From NCBI GenBank assembly GCA_963817895.1, contig CAWFQB010000014.1:352001-416000 (forward strand): a stretch of 64,000 nt of DNA, in the 5' to 3' direction. The notes beneath the pieces are model-generated. The model saw only the letters and a list, made by a program, of their open reading frames with translations, ran no database searches and was not told where the DNA came from. The translations under genes and the position numbers were made by a program. This document shows, in pieces, positions 62,147 through 64,000 of the stretch. This stretch comes from an uncultured Chthonomonadaceae bacterium. Lineage in GTDB: Bacteria > Armatimonadota > Chthonomonadetes > Chthonomonadales > Chthonomonadaceae. Positions within the stretch are counted from its first letter, which is position 1. Each line of letters opens with the position of its first letter.

Positions 62147-62962
62147 TCAGGCGTTGCCGATCAGGGCGCGCGTCAAAGCATCCGCGGCATCGGCAAGCGT
62201 ACTCACAGTCAAATGTTCGCCGGCAGCGATTTCCGCAAGTTCGGCATCGGCTGGCGTGAGCAATGGCTGTTGTTTAGTTGGGGTGAGCGCAGGCTGTAGT
62301 TTGGCCTGCGCGATCTGATCGGCCAGCCGTCCGGTTCCTTGCAGCGCGATCAGCGGCCAGCCGCGCCGAACGCAGGACAGGGCTTCCTGTCTGGCAATGT
62401 TTCCGCCATTGAACAGCAGCGCGGCCACCGGGCGCAATCCGGCTTTTTGCCCCGCCAGCGCGGCAGCCAATCGGAACATGGTTTCGGTTTCGCTCCCCCA
62501 CTCCCCGGTTGGCGTCAGCGCGAAATGCGAATGGTTGGGGTCGAGACGGGCAAGTCCGGCGGTTTCCGCTTCCGGCACATCGTTAAAACCACAAATTTCC
62601 GCCATTTGCGCCTTGCCGGTAAACGTCACCGCGCCGAATGGAGCCACGCCAAGCATAATCGGGCGTGGCGTTTCTTCCGCCCCCAATCTGCCCACGATCT
62701 CCATAATGCCCGACTGTGTGCCGCCGTCTATAATCAGAACACCCCTGTCCGCCACTATGGGCAGAATGGCATTGCGAAAACAGGCGGCGATTTCGGTTTT
62801 CAGCCCCGATTCCATCCCGGCAGCCCCGCCAAAAATCATCAACACGGCCTGCGGCGCGGCGATTTCAAGCGCATCCAGAATGTCCCCGGCTTCGGCATCG
62901 TCGAGAGTAACCACCATACGCGCCCGCCACTCCCCGCCGAAACTAATTTCCTGTGCCGCCAT
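62147..62962 (-). CDS. LSDAT-type SLOG domain protein (TRPM-like, prokaryotic)
   Basis: MIFGGAAGM, IIDGGTQSGIM..VG, LGVAP, LDPNHSHF.L.P..EWG.ET, LFNGG.IA, G.GRLAD.IA. Confidence 0.85.
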   Translation of the reverse strand: MAAQEISFGGEWRARMVVTLDDAEAGDILDALEIAAPQAVLMIFGGAAGMESGLKTEIAACFRNAILPIVADRGVLIIDGGTQSGIMEIVGRLGAEETPRPIMLGVAPFGAVTFTGKAQMAEICGFNDVPEAETAGLARLDPNHSHFALTPTGEWGSETETMFRLAAALAGQKAGLRPVAALLFNGGNIARQEALSCVRRGWPLIALQGTGRLADQIAQAKLQPALTPTKQQPLLTPADAELAEIAAGEHLTVSTLADAADALTRALIGNA

Positions 62963-63005
62963 CAACGCCATTCGGTTTGTCTTCCATTCCCTGTAATGAA
63001 AATAG

Positions 63006-63054
63006 CCCTCAACCCCCGCCCCTTCTCTCAAAAAAGCCTGGGAGAAGGGGAGTC
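63006..63054. repeat. Palindromic REP-like element
   Basis: ccctcaacccccg-ccccttctc-tcaaaaaagcctgg-gagaagggg-agtc; related to 19373-19441. Confidence 0.6.
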
Positions 63055-63108
63055 ACTTGTTTGGGAGAGGGGTGTCCTTCCCTGCGGGTGGACGCCATCC
63101 AGCGCGGG

Positions 63109-64000
63109 CTACCGTACCGCCACGTTTGCCCGTTCGTGAACGACTATTTGCGGGTTCTGCGTCAGGGCGTCCGCCTCATCCTCGCGTCCAAGCGCGCGCA
63201 GCAGGGAGGCGTATTTGTCGCGGCAGTCCGCGGTTTGTTTGTGTTCGCCTCCCAGAGCGGTGGTTAAAATGGAAAGGGCGCGGCAATAGTGGCCTTCGGC
63301 CTCCTCATATTTCCCCTGCTCGTCATACATGGAAGCCAGAACTCATATTCACCTCGGCGACAAAAGGATGCTCCGCGCCACAGACTTTCTCCAGAATGGC
63401 AAGCGATTTGCGGTACAGGGTTCCCGCTTCCACATAGCGCTGAAGCTGCTCGCACACTTCGGCCAGATTGTTCAGCATCATAGCAGTCAGGGGATCATCG
63501 GGGCCAAGTGTTTTGTTAAAGATGTCATACGCGCGGCGATAAAGTGGCTCCGCTTCCTCTATGCGCCCCTGTTTATGAAGCAACATCGCCAGATTGTTGA
63601 CGCTTCCAGCAGTCAATTCATTGTCCGGGCCGAGCGCAGTTTCGTAGATATGCACAGCGCGTTGGCACAACGGTTCCGCTTCCACGTACCGCTTCTGATC
63701 CGTGTACAGCGCGGCAAGGGTACTCAAGCACTCTGCGACATGGGGATGGTCGGGGCCGGAATGTTCCTCCTCTATATGCAATGCGCGAGTGTACAACGAT
63801 TCCGCTTCCGCATAACGCTGCTGACGGTAATACAGCGAGGCCAGACTGAGGCAACGCGCGGCAACGGCGGGGGCGTTGGCACCTAATGATTTTTCCCGCA
63901 AGGCCAGCGCCTTCGCCATCAGCGGTTCGGCAAGCGCGTAGTACGCCCGGTCATACAGATAATCGCCGAGTTAAATCAACAATTCTACGGCTTCTTCAAA
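63109..64000 (-). CDS. TPR-repeat (kinesin-light-chain-like) protein, partial and frameshifted
   Basis: Repeats Y.EAE.LY.RAL.I.E...GP.HP.VA..LNNLA; continues past the window edge. Confidence 0.85.

Overview
Bacterial genomic window. The PEP-CTERM tail and Planctomycete-type DUF1552/DUF1592 and DUF1501/DUF1553 modules are compatible with Armatimonadota or a similar lineage (inference only). At least 15 otherwise intact genes are split by frameshifts, which looks like uncorrected long-read error, so I merged ORF fragments into genes. The highlight is 1-8.4 kb (minus strand), a non-canonical contractile-injection/T6SS-like operon: membrane-anchored ubiquitin-like protein, a very divergent ~880-aa sheath-like protein, an Hcp/tube-like protein, a VgrG-like spike, and a prePAAR-TMD-PAAR-TMD effector. 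The effector's C-terminal half is missing from the ORF track; translated by hand it carries a JAB-like domain and a WHH/HNH nuclease in tandem. Other content: a defence cluster at 11-19 kb (AAA ATPase with truncated DUF3226/TOPRIM partner, Type IIG R-M, VapBC, PD-(D/E)XK protein); a Schlafen/AlbA_2 + DUF262-DUF1524 island between two Uma2 genes; an ECF42 locus; a ~6-kb insertion bracketed by a duplicated GH43 3' end, carrying an AfsR/SARP-type regulator with a candidate operator in front of a PEP-CTERM gene; a hemicellulose/pectin CAZyme cluster (GH43, CE15-GH10 fusion, ricin-esterase-lactonase, GH78, beta-helix); and an LSDAT(SLOG)-SLATT pair. I saw no rRNA, tRNA, CRISPR array, integrase or transposase. 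All family calls come from motif recognition by eye, not database searches.
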